A stretch of DNA of 59,284 nt from an uncultured virus (IMG/VR IMGVR_UViG_3300042291_002144) (taxonomy: Duplodnaviria > Heunggongvirae > Uroviricota > Caudoviricetes), in IMG/VR virus record IMGVR_UViG_3300042291_002144. One strand, 5' to 3'. This document shows, piece by piece, positions 49,015-58,505 of the stretch; the stretch's first letter is position 1; every line of letters starts with the position of its first letter. The notes beneath the pieces were generated by a model. It was not told the origin of the DNA. It worked only from the letters and a program-made list of their open reading frames with translations, and did not search any database. Position numbers and translations under genes: made by a program.

Positions 49015-49622
49015 TAAGAAATCATTGAGCTATTTATTAGATTGTTTAGCATTTGATTGAATTCTTCAATACTGTCATCATTAAATCTATTAGTCATTCT
49101 CGTAAATTCATTATTTCGAGTAGAATCATTGATCTCATTTTTAAATTCTGAAAAGATTCTTTCAAATAATTCTTTCTCAGCATCTGCATTTTCGAAATTA
49201 CTAAAATAGTCTTTTTCACGTTTTACTATTTCAATCTTATCTGCACGATCAATATACACAACTTTACTATTTTGGTAAAGATCACTAGTTAAAATCTTTT
49301 GAAACTCGTTAAGTAGTCTAAACTGATCCATGCGTTCTCTGTAGATTGACCATACATATGCTGAAAAAATACATCTATCAAATATTAAAATTTGATCCTT
49401 TAATAAAGATTGATTTAACTCAAGGATAGTCATTACATTTGCAATACTAAAATAGTGTACTCCTGGACCAGTATCCTGATCTCTCATTCCAAGTTCATCA
49501 ATATATTTTGCAAATTGAAATTTATAATAGTGAACCTTTGGATTAGTATTTTGCTCAAGGAATTTCTCAATCAAATGAGTTTTTCCACTATGTCGATGAC
49601 CTTCTATAATAATTAATGGCAT
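49014..49622 (-). CDS. Deoxynucleotide monophosphate / thymidylate-kinase-like P-loop kinase
   Basis: LIIIEGHRHSGKT P-loop; LIFDRC.FS.YV. Confidence 0.82.
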   Translation of the reverse strand: MPLIIIEGHRHSGKTHLIEKFLEQNTNPKVHYYKFQFAKYIDELGMRDQDTGPGVHYFSIANVMTILELNQSLLKDQILIFDRCIFSAYVWSIYRERMDQFRLLNEFQKILTSDLYQNSKVVYIDRADKIEIVKREKDYFSNFENADAEKELFERIFSEFKNEINDSTRNNEFTRMTNRFNDDSIEEFNQMLNNLINSSMIS

Positions 49623-49623
49623 A

Positions 49624-50190
49624 CTAAATTAATGTTATTCGTTTTTTATTACTTAATTGAATATCTCCTATCTTAAATACTCTTGCTTTATCAACAATCC
49701 AATATTCTACATCAATATTATACACAAGACTATTAAAATATTGTTGATACTTAAATATTTGATCTATTGAATCTTCAAAAATTTTAATTTTATTAATTGA
49801 CTTAGGGTCATATACGAAAGTCAATAAGTATTCTACCACATCTGATTTATCACTGACTCTTCCTAAAAAATAAGTTTCATCAAACTTTACTCCTTTTCTT
49901 GATAGTAAATCAATTACTGTTTTCTTTAATTTATCAACCCTATGGGTAATTAGGACGTGTGCACAATCAAGATCAGCATTTGCTTCTTCCCATTCTCTAA
50001 ATACTGGTTCAATTAATTGGATATTATTTAACTTATCACATAACGATAATGGATTATCATAAAATGAATATACATCATCAAAATGTACTCCAGGATTCTT
50101 ATCCTCGATTAGATGTTTAGTAGTATAGCTTGGAACCCTTAATAAGGTCTCATCAAGATCAAAAATGTAAAGTTCTTTTATTTTTTGCAT
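49624..50190 (-). CDS. HAD-superfamily phosphatase
   Basis: YIFDLDETL motif I, LITHR motif II, K, IFEDS motif IV. Confidence 0.82.
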   Translation of the reverse strand: MQKIKELYIFDLDETLLRVPSYTTKHLIEDKNPGVHFDDVYSFYDNPLSLCDKLNNIQLIEPVFREWEEANADLDCAHVLITHRVDKLKKTVIDLLSRKGVKFDETYFLGRVSDKSDVVEYLLTFVYDPKSINKIKIFEDSIDQIFKYQQYFNSLVYNIDVEYWIVDKARVFKIGDIQLSNKKRITLI

Positions 50191-50198
50191 AACACTAT

Positions 50199-50225
50199 AT
50201 TTTATTGATAAATAATAAAAAGTTT
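50199..50225. promoter_or_regulatory. Minus-strand AAAC-N17-TAAAAT promoter with plus-strand late motif GATAAATAATAAAAA (50207-50221) nested in its spacer
   Basis: Both motifs are read directly in the 46-bp divergent intergenic gap. Confidence 0.55.
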
Positions 50226-50236
50226 TACTCCAAAGG

Positions 50237-50728
50237 ATGTTAAAGTATATCAGATTGTACGAAGATTATAGCCACGATATTAAGACTCAAACTAGCGAAA
50301 CTGGCCACACTTGGTCAGAAATCAGGGATGCAGTTCAGACTAGGATACCATTTACTGTAATTGTCTTTAAAAATAAAGATAGTTATACTGAAGCTCTGGA
50401 TTCATTCTTTACTGAGTACGATTATATTAAACAAACTGCATTTTTAAGTCATGATGGAAAATTAATAGATTATCCATCAATTTTCATTATTCTTGATGAT
50501 GACATTAAGTTTAAAGATAAGATACCACAAATTTTTGAGAAATTTAAAATTAAGACCCTTATTCTAGGAAAACAGGGAGAAGAATATTCTGATTACTACT
50601 TTGATGATGGTTCATCTTCAACTCTAGGTAATGAAGTAGTCTCTTCAAATGATATTACTGATATGCAAAATGATGAACATTTTAAGATAGGCTCAACTTA
50701 TTATAAATTCATTGATTTTTCTGACTAA
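50237..50728 (+). CDS. Hypothetical protein, CTS-like N-terminus
   Basis: MLKYIRLYEDY start; 163 aa. Confidence 0.75.
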   Translation: MLKYIRLYEDYSHDIKTQTSETGHTWSEIRDAVQTRIPFTVIVFKNKDSYTEALDSFFTEYDYIKQTAFLSHDGKLIDYPSIFIILDDDIKFKDKIPQIFEKFKIKTLILGKQGEEYSDYYFDDGSSSTLGNEVVSSNDITDMQNDEHFKIGSTYYKFIDFSD

Positions 50729-50753
50729 ACCTGCTCTTCATCTAAAGTATAAG
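50727..50753 (+). promoter_or_regulatory. Putative early/middle promoter AAAC-N17-TATAAG
   Basis: Same spacing as the other copies; upstream of the UvsY/UvsW-like genes. Confidence 0.5.
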
Positions 50754-50776
50754 TTTTTAGATAAAAATATTTTATT

Positions 50777-51211
50777 ATGAACGAAGAGACTAAAATTAAA
50801 ATTACAAAGAAATTTCAAGACCGTCGTGCTGAAGTATCTAATGAGATTTATGAAAACATTGAAAAGCTTTCAAATCTCAAGACATTAAAGGACGCTCAAG
50901 TAAATATGTTATCCCTACGTCAACGTATATTAGAGGATAATCATACTCTATTTGAACATATTACGACTCTTCGTAAAAAATACAGAGATGATCGATCGCT
51001 TGAAATGGAGAATCTTTCTAGAAATTTACAAATTAGATATCAAGCAAATGAAAAAACAGTTGTTTTAGATGGCCGAACTTCAAATATTAGAGAATCGCTA
51101 GAGATTTTTGAAAATCAAGTTGCATTCTTTACTGAATCAATCAAAACAATTGATAATATTATTTTTGGAATAAAAACTAGAATTGATATTGAAAAATCAA
51201 TAGGCCTATAA
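50777..51211 (+). CDS. Putative recombination mediator (UvsY-like)
   Basis: 144-aa helical protein adjacent to UvsW; C-terminal FF.ES.K.IDN..F.IK.RI resembles UvsY. Confidence 0.55.
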   Translation: MNEETKIKITKKFQDRRAEVSNEIYENIEKLSNLKTLKDAQVNMLSLRQRILEDNHTLFEHITTLRKKYRDDRSLEMENLSRNLQIRYQANEKTVVLDGRTSNIRESLEIFENQVAFFTESIKTIDNIIFGIKTRIDIEKSIGL

Positions 51212-51226
51212 AAAAATGGAAGCCAT

Positions 51227-52801
51227 GTGCTAAAATTTAAAGTAACTGACGATAAAAAATTTATTAAACTCATAGATTTTACTCTAAACTATGAAAAAAA
51301 GAGTCTCACTAAGTTTTTTAAACGTAAATCTAGACAAGCTGCATTTAACGTTTTAGTTGATCGTGGAGTATGGGATGGTAATGATTCATTTATTACAAAG
51401 GATGGAAATATTGCAGTTGGCCTTTGGAAAGAGCTATATAATTTTTCAGAACATTCAGGCTATGATATTGAAATAGATGGTGCTGAGTCATTTGTAAATA
51501 ATTCATTAGGTAGAGAAAAATACTTAAAATATGTTGAATTATTATTAGATGGAATTGTTGATGAACGCGGACTTCCAATAATACCTCGAGATTATCAAAT
51601 AGAAGGTGCATTTAGAGCAGTTAAATATAAATTTTGTACCCAAGAGCTTGCAACTTCTGCTGGTAAGACCCTAATCTTCTTTATCTATAATTCATTCCTA
51701 AGAGATGGTGGAAAAATTACTAAAGAGAAAAAATCTTTAATTATTGTTCCAAATATCTCATTAGTTGGACAAACTGCTGAAAAATTTGAAATGTATGCTC
51801 AACCAGGTAAAGAATGGAGTGTATGTACAATTGGCGGCAAAGATAAATTTACTCAAGAAAAATTTGATAATGCAGAAATAGTAATTTCTACTTACCAAAG
51901 TTTAATGAACCTTCCAGTTGAGATATTTAGGGCTTTTTCAATTGTTCAAGTGGATGAAGTACACAAATCTAAAGGCAATACTATTCGAGAAATTCTTCTC
52001 TCTTGTGTAAATTGGGAATATCGTCTTGGATTATCAGGTACCGTTAAATTAGATGAACAATATTCTGATTTCTTTAAAGTTCAAGAAAATGTTGGTCCAT
52101 TAGTAATGGTATTATCAGCAAAGCACTTAATTGATAATGGATATTCTCCAAATATTAAAATAAAAATCGTTGGTCTTAAATACGATGAACAGGATCCTAA
52201 AATACAAAAATATTGGTATCTAAAGGAAAATGGTAAATCAATGTATAATAATGCAAAGGATTTTGGTCGTGATATGTTATCAATTGAGAAAGGAATAATC
52301 TTTGAAAGTACTGAACGGCTTGATTTTATTAGTGACTTAACTAGAAAATTTGGAAAAAATGCACTGATCCTTTTTTCAGATGTTAAGAATGGATATGGTA
52401 AACTGATTCAATCAAAACTATTAGAATGGAATCCAAATACTTTTTATATTGATGGAGAGGTTGATTCAAAAGATAGGGATAGATTTAAAGATGTTCTTGA
52501 AGCACAAAATGATGTAATAATTGTTGCTAGTTTTGGAACATTTGCTACAGGATTAGATACTAAAAATCTACATCATATTATCTTAGCTGAATCAATTAAA
52601 GCTGAAGTAACTCTACGACAAGCGATTGGTAGAGGTATGCGTAAACTTGCTGAAAAAACAAAAGTACTTGTTTGGGATCTTGTTGATCAACTTGACGGGT
52701 ATTCAATTAGGCATGCCAAAATTAGAAAAGGTATTTATAAAGAACAAAAATTTGAAATTTCTGAAAATACTATCGATCTAACAAAAAAGAGACCCTTATA
52801 G
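51227..52801 (+). CDS. uvsW: UvsW-like SF2 DNA helicase
   Basis: WDG, PRDYQ, ATSAGKT, IIVP..SLV.Q, STYQS, VDEVH, GLSGT, SFGTFATG, QAIGRGMR. Confidence 0.93.
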   Translation: MLKFKVTDDKKFIKLIDFTLNYEKKSLTKFFKRKSRQAAFNVLVDRGVWDGNDSFITKDGNIAVGLWKELYNFSEHSGYDIEIDGAESFVNNSLGREKYLKYVELLLDGIVDERGLPIIPRDYQIEGAFRAVKYKFCTQELATSAGKTLIFFIYNSFLRDGGKITKEKKSLIIVPNISLVGQTAEKFEMYAQPGKEWSVCTIGGKDKFTQEKFDNAEIVISTYQSLMNLPVEIFRAFSIVQVDEVHKSKGNTIREILLSCVNWEYRLGLSGTVKLDEQYSDFFKVQENVGPLVMVLSAKHLIDNGYSPNIKIKIVGLKYDEQDPKIQKYWYLKENGKSMYNNAKDFGRDMLSIEKGIIFESTERLDFISDLTRKFGKNALILFSDVKNGYGKLIQSKLLEWNPNTFYIDGEVDSKDRDRFKDVLEAQNDVIIVASFGTFATGLDTKNLHHIILAESIKAEVTLRQAIGRGMRKLAEKTKVLVWDLVDQLDGYSIRHAKIRKGIYKEQKFEISENTIDLTKKRPL

Positions 52802-52821
52802 GTCCCTTAAATATATCTAAC

Positions 52822-53190
52822 TTACTTTATTGGTTCCCAATCACTAGGAAGAGAATATAATTGTCGATAGTATGTCTTTTCATAATCATACATTTCAGAC
52901 CAAGTTAAAGGTTTAATTTCTAAATAACTAATAAAAAGCGTATTTGCACAAAATCCAATTAAAAATGGTACATAATCAAAGGGATTATCCACCGCAAATA
53001 AAATAGCAGACGATGAAAATAAACCAATCATTATATATGCCATAATATCTATCTTAGATAAAAATAGATTTTTAGATTTTCTATTTATTGGTCGATATAG
53101 ATCTACAATTTCTCTTCTAACTTTTTTAAATATTTTTGAATATTCCTTATTTAGTTTTTCCTCTTTCGTTTTTCTCTTTATAAAAATCAT
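52822..53190 (-). CDS. Hypothetical two-TM membrane protein
   Basis: Basic N-terminus and two hydrophobic segments. Confidence 0.7.
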   Translation of the reverse strand: MIFIKRKTKEEKLNKEYSKIFKKVRREIVDLYRPINRKSKNLFLSKIDIMAYIMIGLFSSSAILFAVDNPFDYVPFLIGFCANTLFISYLEIKPLTWSEMYDYEKTYYRQLYSLPSDWEPIK

Positions 53191-53204
53191 GATCTTTTTA
53201 TTTT

Positions 53205-53654
53205 TTATACTCTAATTAATTTGAAAGGAACAAGCAATGGATTAATGTCTTCTCCTTTTATTAATGCTGGCAGATAGTCCTTAACTATGTCTACTGATTT
53301 TATAGTAGACTTTGTTAAATATTCATTTTTTCCAGATGTAGTCTTTCCTCCAGTATAATATGTAATTTTAACACTGTTTCCAGAAATAGGATCAATTGAT
53401 TTAATATTGAACGGTTTTCCCATTACATATATTTGATAATTATATGGTTTTCCATATGCTGTAACTGTTAGAATACTATTTAGAGGTCTCCCATTCTTTA
53501 TATACTGCACGTTTTTCTTAATATTTAATTTGTTCTTGCTAGATATACTAGCAAATTTAAGATTGTCAGAGTCAGTATCTAAATCAATTGAAACATTTTC
53601 AATAATATATTCACTACCTTTTATAAATTCATTAAAACTTTCTAACATATTCAT
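53205..53654 (-). CDS. Hypothetical protein, CTS-like N-terminus
   Basis: MNMLESFNEFIKGSEYIIE start. Confidence 0.72.
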   Translation of the reverse strand: MNMLESFNEFIKGSEYIIENVSIDLDTDSDNLKFASISSKNKLNIKKNVQYIKNGRPLNSILTVTAYGKPYNYQIYVMGKPFNIKSIDPISGNSVKITYYTGGKTTSGKNEYLTKSTIKSVDIVKDYLPALIKGEDINPLLVPFKLIRV

Positions 53655-54112
53655 TATTTATTTAAATCAGTAGACCACGTAGGTTGTCTATTACCTTGAG
53701 TATTTACATATTCATCTTTTCTTGCTGATAATGCATCTGTTAATTTTTTAATTAATAGTATAGTGGACATATAATTTACTTGGTCTACAGTAAATGAATA
53801 CTTCCACTCAGGTTGGGGAGAATTTGGTGAATTAGGAATTTGTGTTTTTCCAGTAACCTGTTGAAATATTTTACTCGCAGCTTCACTAGTAGTAGTCCAA
53901 TGTAACTTTTCTGGTTGGTCATTAAAATAAAAAAGGCGCCATGATTCTTCATCATATTTTTTACCTTGGCCCTCCCAGCCCCAAGATAGAAGCTTATTGT
54001 CTGGACTTATTGCATTTTTAAAAGATGGCTCAGCACAAAGTTTATCCCAAACAGACACATTTACTGCTTCATTTATAAATTGACTAAACTGTTTTATGTA
54101 ATTCTGTTTCAT
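53654..54112 (-). CDS. Hypothetical protein, CTS-like N-terminus
   Basis: MKQNYIKQFSQFINEA start. Confidence 0.72.
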   Translation of the reverse strand: MKQNYIKQFSQFINEAVNVSVWDKLCAEPSFKNAISPDNKLLSWGWEGQGKKYDEESWRLFYFNDQPEKLHWTTTSEAASKIFQQVTGKTQIPNSPNSPQPEWKYSFTVDQVNYMSTILLIKKLTDALSARKDEYVNTQGNRQPTWSTDLNK

Positions 54113-54126
54113 ATTAATCGTTTTAT

Positions 54127-54891
54127 TTATTTATTTAATTTTTCAGAGTTTTCGATTTTTTCAAATACTTCTTCTAGTTTTTTAATAATTGGGTGACGAA
54201 CAATATCTTCTCTACCTAATTGAGCTATTCCAATTTCTTCAATATCTCCAAAATGTTCTATTAAGATTTCAAGAGCACTCTTTTGTCCTTTATTTACCGA
54301 TTTCTGTTTAATATCTCCAAGAAATACCATTTTAGAATTTGTTCCAATTCGAGTCATTAGGGTATGTAGATGGTCTTTTGCTATTTGTTGGGCTTCATCA
54401 ATAAGTATTATCGAATCATCGAGAGTTACACCAAGTGCAAATTTAATTGGTAATATCTCAATATTTCCATTTGACTTAAGGGAGTCAGTTGCCTGTTTTC
54501 CAATAACCTTATTAAAATTTGAGATAAATGGGTACATATACATTTCCATCTTCTCTTCCATAGTACCTTTTAGATAACCTATCTCCTCATCCTTAGGTAC
54601 ATTAACAGATTTTATTAAGATGATCTTACGATACGTTCCAGCATCATCCTTTATGTATTTAAGAGCTCTTGCACAAGCTAAATAAGTTTTACCTACACCA
54701 GGAGGACCAGTTATTATTGAAATATCATGGTTTTCCATTGCATTCAGTGCATCCTTTTGCGCTTTTGATCTACATTTAATTTCTATTCCAGATCTAAAAA
54801 GCTTAGAAGTATTGACCATCTCTCGTTCTCTGTCCCAGTTCTCAAGATCTTCTAATTCTTCTTTTCCTAATTTTTTTGTTCTGTTAGCCAT
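54127..54891 (-). CDS. phoH: PhoH-family ATPase
   Basis: GPPGVGKTYLA, IGYLKGT.EEKM, G.TLDD..ILIDEAQ, TRIG..SKM.F.GD..Q, DIVRHP. Confidence 0.94.
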   Translation of the reverse strand: MANRTKKLGKEELEDLENWDREREMVNTSKLFRSGIEIKCRSKAQKDALNAMENHDISIITGPPGVGKTYLACARALKYIKDDAGTYRKIILIKSVNVPKDEEIGYLKGTMEEKMEMYMYPFISNFNKVIGKQATDSLKSNGNIEILPIKFALGVTLDDSIILIDEAQQIAKDHLHTLMTRIGTNSKMVFLGDIKQKSVNKGQKSALEILIEHFGDIEEIGIAQLGREDIVRHPIIKKLEEVFEKIENSEKLNK

Positions 54892-54893
54892 AT

Positions 54894-55520
54894 TTAATAT
54901 ATTTTAGAGGCAATTACGATTCCTAATAGAATCTTAGTATAATGGATTTGAAAGTTAAGGAAAGCAGTCACTGCTTTATATTGACGTTCCGAAAACTCAG
55001 TTGATTTTAGTGTCGCTTCGCTTAATCTTTGCAAACCCAATTTTATTTTTGATGTAAGTGCAGTTTCATTAAGTTCAATAAATTCTGATAATAGTTCATT
55101 AAAGTCAATCATTAATGTACTATCACATCCTACTGCTTTAGTAAATTTCTTTCCAGCCTTAATTGATTTGACCTTATCAATAAGATTATCTGATGCTAAG
55201 CCTTCATCTAGTTTTTTTCGTATTGAATCCAATATTTTAACATTATCCGCTTGTTCTGCAATCCAGTCAACATCATATTTACTTATTGAAATAGAGATTT
55301 CAGATCCTGCTTCAGTATAATAGAAATTAAGATTTTCAATTTTTCCAGTATCTCCAAATTCGCTAATTAGCATTGGAGATATTCCCAATTGAATAAAATC
55401 TTCACCTTTTTCAATTAATTTTATTTTATAATCTCTAAAAGGGAATTCTATCATGAATGGAAGAACTTTTACTAACTCTGCTGTCTTATCTATCGGCTCT
55501 TCATAATCATGGTCACTCAT
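54894..55520 (-). CDS. Hypothetical protein
   Basis: 208-aa ORF; late-type motif GATAAATAACAAAAA at 55531-55545. Confidence 0.75.
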   Translation of the reverse strand: MSDHDYEEPIDKTAELVKVLPFMIEFPFRDYKIKLIEKGEDFIQLGISPMLISEFGDTGKIENLNFYYTEAGSEISISISKYDVDWIAEQADNVKILDSIRKKLDEGLASDNLIDKVKSIKAGKKFTKAVGCDSTLMIDFNELLSEFIELNETALTSKIKLGLQRLSEATLKSTEFSERQYKAVTAFLNFQIHYTKILLGIVIASKIY

Positions 55521-55530
55521 ACCAAATTTC

Positions 55531-55545
55531 TTTTTGTTATTTATC
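55531..55545 (-). promoter_or_regulatory. Putative late promoter GATAAATAACAAAAA
   Basis: One mismatch to the consensus; upstream of the 55520 ATG. Confidence 0.55.
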
Positions 55546-55594
55546 TTAGTTTAATTTTCAAGTAACCGATAAATTTAGTATTTAATAATTTGGA

Positions 55595-55621
55595 AAACTA
55601 GTAATCACATACAAGTATAAT
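55595..55621 (+). promoter_or_regulatory. Putative early/middle promoter AAAC-N17-TATAAT
   Basis: AAAC tagtaatcacatacaag TATAAT, ending 5 nt before the PolB-fragment ATG. Confidence 0.65.
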
Positions 55622-55626
55622 TTTAT

Positions 55627-57060
55627 ATGGAAGATAAAGACAAACAACTTAAAAAACTTGATCTTAAGCAAAACGCTATAAAGATCTTAATTAACTCAAT
55701 TTATGGTGCATTTGGTAATAAGTGGTTCTATTTTTATAATCCAGATATTGCACAGTCAATTACTTTACAAGGTCAAGATTTAATTAAGTTTTCAATTAAA
55801 GCAGTTAACCATTATTTTCTAGAAAAATGGCATCTTGATACTGAACTTCATAAATTATTAGGTATCGATCAATATACTATCAATAAAGTAGAAGGTGAAG
55901 CTGCTATCTATACTGATACTGACTCGATTTATGTACAGTTCGACTCAGCATTAGACTCAATTATTGGTGCGGATTTTACAAAAGATGAAGCCCTAAATAT
56001 CTGTATTAATATTGACCGTTATCGATTATCTAGCTATTTCGATAATTGTTTTGAGAAGTATGGAAAACTTTTTAATACTAAAAATCGATTAAAATTCAAA
56101 TTAGAGAATCTTTCTGAAACTGGTATTTGGCTTAAGAAAAAGAATTATGCTATTCGAGTTGCGTATGAACCTAATCCTACATATGAATTAGAACCACAAG
56201 ATAAGAGATACTTAATTATTAAAGGTCTTGAACCAGTTAAAGGATCATATCCTATCTGGGCAAGAAATAAATTAGTTGAATTAACCTCTTTTGTTATGGA
56301 CAGAGGTAAGCGATTAGATATTGAAAAAGATATTATCCCTAGGTTAACGACTTTAAAAAATGAAGCAATCAGTCTTCATCCAGATGAATTAGCATTTAAC
56401 TTTAATATTAGAGTATACAATAAATATATTACTAGTGAAGAGAGACTTGAACTTAAAAAGGGTATTTCAATCTTTCCTAGAGCTGCTGCCATCTATAACC
56501 ATATCCTAATTAAAACTGGATTAGTTGAAAAGTATCCAAAGATTAGAGAAAAAGATAAAATAAAATTTTATTATTGTAATCCTGAAACTAATGAAGGTGG
56601 GCATGATGTATTTGCATACTCTCCAGGAACATATCCAGATGAAATAGCTTTACTTATGGATATTGATTCTCAATTCTTTTCTTTAATTGTTGAACCGGTA
56701 AATCGATTATTAACTGCTATGAAAATGAGCTCACTGGATACTAATCTAAAAAGAGCAGTTGACTTAGTAACTGTTAAAAGTAAAAAGGTCTTAACTGATG
56801 CTGATATTTATCCACTATATGTCGTTGATCAAGACACATTACAATATGATGAAGTTCCAGAAAAGTTTTGGAAAATTGTCGGTAACCCTGAAACTGACGT
56901 ACATGAAGATGACTTTCAAGAATATTTAGGAGTGATTACCAAATATGGATTAAACACTACAATTGTACCTAAGCCAGAACTTGACAAATATTTAAAACGC
57001 CTGACTAAGAAAAAAGAAAAAGCTAATCCTACTCTTGAATTAGAAGAAGATGCTATTTGA
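55627..57060 (+). CDS. gp43: Family B DNA polymerase, C-terminal fragment only (split gp43)
   Basis: Starts at motif B (QNAIKILINSIYGAFG); has SITLQGQ, motif C YTDTDS, KKKNYA, IKGLE. No exonuclease or motif A. Confidence 0.92.
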   Translation: MEDKDKQLKKLDLKQNAIKILINSIYGAFGNKWFYFYNPDIAQSITLQGQDLIKFSIKAVNHYFLEKWHLDTELHKLLGIDQYTINKVEGEAAIYTDTDSIYVQFDSALDSIIGADFTKDEALNICINIDRYRLSSYFDNCFEKYGKLFNTKNRLKFKLENLSETGIWLKKKNYAIRVAYEPNPTYELEPQDKRYLIIKGLEPVKGSYPIWARNKLVELTSFVMDRGKRLDIEKDIIPRLTTLKNEAISLHPDELAFNFNIRVYNKYITSEERLELKKGISIFPRAAAIYNHILIKTGLVEKYPKIREKDKIKFYYCNPETNEGGHDVFAYSPGTYPDEIALLMDIDSQFFSLIVEPVNRLLTAMKMSSLDTNLKRAVDLVTVKSKKVLTDADIYPLYVVDQDTLQYDEVPEKFWKIVGNPETDVHEDDFQEYLGVITKYGLNTTIVPKPELDKYLKRLTKKKEKANPTLELEEDAI

Positions 57061-58186
57061 TTTAATGACGGGTTACTCGATATCGACGTTTATTCAAGAT
57101 CTCTTAAAAAAGAGGTTCCCAGATAATCGATTAAAACAGATGATTTATGATGCTGGCGACAAATTAAATTTTGCATGCCCATATTGTGGAGATTCTGCAC
57201 ATGATTCTAAAAAGAAGAGGGGTAACCTATATCCAGATAAAGGTTTCTATAAGTGCTATAACGATGGATGTGGAGTAAAAGTAGATCTTCCAAAATTTAT
57301 TTCAAAGTTTTCTTTAAAGTATTCATTAGGAGTACCTGATTTAAAATCATCTGATGTAAAATGGGTTGCTGCTACTACTAAAAAGAAGAGAGGTTCATTA
57401 ATTGAATTATTAATTAATAAAAATGCAACTGACCACCTACTTAGGATTGATTACTTAGCTGAGCGATTTTCATTAATTCCATGTGAAGAAGCTGAACCTA
57501 CCTCAAAAGTTGGTCAATTTATAAAAAATAGAGAACTCTTTAATCTTCATGCATTTAATGAATGTAGCTATTTTGATATTGCCGATGACAAAATATACCT
57601 GTTTAATTTAGATCATCGATCTGGAAAAGTATTAGGATTTGCAGTACGTCGTCTTGAAAATGAGTTTGGTCCAAAGTATCTAATTAAAAACTATTCTGAA
57701 TTAAAAAAGAGTGGTCTTATAAAGAATATCGAAGACGATCTTCTTTCTGATATAGATACAGTAAACAATTATTTTAATGTTCTTAATGTTAACTTTTCAA
57801 AACCAATAATTGTTACTGAAGGTCAAATAGATTCAATGTTTCTAGATAATTCAATTGCAACGACCGGTATTTCCAAAAGTAAACTTCTTCTTGATAATTT
57901 ACTCTCTAGATCTAATACGCTAATCCTATTCGACAGTGACTCTGCGGGTAAGAGCCAATCTGTTTCTCTAATTAAGGATGGATATCGAGTATTCCTATGG
58001 AATCGAGTATTTAAAGATCTTTGTGTAAAATATGGAGTCACTAGTCAGAAAGCTAAATCCATTAAAGATATTAATGACTTATTTATATTTATGAGAAAAT
58101 ATGAATCTGATCTTACAATAGTTAACTTCAATACATTTATACTGCAGTACTTTTCGGATTCACCTTTTGATTTACTCTGGGTTTAA
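57050..58186 (+). CDS. gp61: DNA primase (T4 gp61-like)
   Basis: NFACPYCGDS..D.KKKRG...YKCYN.GC zinc finger; TOPRIM VTEGQIDSMF and FDSD.AG, KDINDL. Confidence 0.93.
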   Translation: MLFDLMTGYSISTFIQDLLKKRFPDNRLKQMIYDAGDKLNFACPYCGDSAHDSKKKRGNLYPDKGFYKCYNDGCGVKVDLPKFISKFSLKYSLGVPDLKSSDVKWVAATTKKKRGSLIELLINKNATDHLLRIDYLAERFSLIPCEEAEPTSKVGQFIKNRELFNLHAFNECSYFDIADDKIYLFNLDHRSGKVLGFAVRRLENEFGPKYLIKNYSELKKSGLIKNIEDDLLSDIDTVNNYFNVLNVNFSKPIIVTEGQIDSMFLDNSIATTGISKSKLLLDNLLSRSNTLILFDSDSAGKSQSVSLIKDGYRVFLWNRVFKDLCVKYGVTSQKAKSIKDINDLFIFMRKYESDLTIVNFNTFILQYFSDSPFDLLWV

Positions 58187-58200
58187 ATAAATAATAAAAA
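58187..58200 (+). promoter_or_regulatory. Putative late promoter ATAAATAATAAAAA
   Basis: Motif copy upstream of the 58212 operon, which continues into gp4. Confidence 0.65.
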
Positions 58201-58211
58201 AATTAAATTAC

Positions 58212-58505
58212 ATGTTTAAGATAAATCGTTTAAATGAAATGGAAGAGGAAAACTTGCCATTCAACTTGGATGACGCTTTAATGGATGAACTAGTTGAATT
58301 AGTTGGATCAGAAGAAGATATTGAATCTGCTGCGGAATCTGCTTATGCTGATCTTGAAGCGGCTGCTCAAAATGATGAAGTTGAGATGAATGAGGAAGAT
58401 GTTCCAGAAAAACTTGCAATTGCTGCGTTATTAGTTAAATTAGTAGAATCAGGTAAACTTGATCCTATCGATGCTGATCGCTTAATCGAAAAATATTTAG
58501 GCTAA
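58212..58505 (+). CDS. Acidic hypothetical protein
   Basis: 97 aa, MFKINRLNEM start. Confidence 0.75.
   Translation: MFKINRLNEMEEENLPFNLDDALMDELVELVGSEEDIESAAESAYADLEAAAQNDEVEMNEEDVPEKLAIAALLVKLVESGKLDPIDADRLIEKYLG

Noticed and set aside
52783..52810. Possible terminator GAGACC-cttata-GGTC after uvsW
   Set aside because: Short imperfect stem without a clear plus-strand U-tract; too weak to call.
627..58041. Short antisense ORFs in the track (e.g. 627-866, 17424-17789, 27562-27756, 36412-36768, 43929-44522, 57823-58041)
   Set aside because: Each lies wholly opposite a well-supported gene and has shadow-like Ser/Ile/Leu-rich composition.
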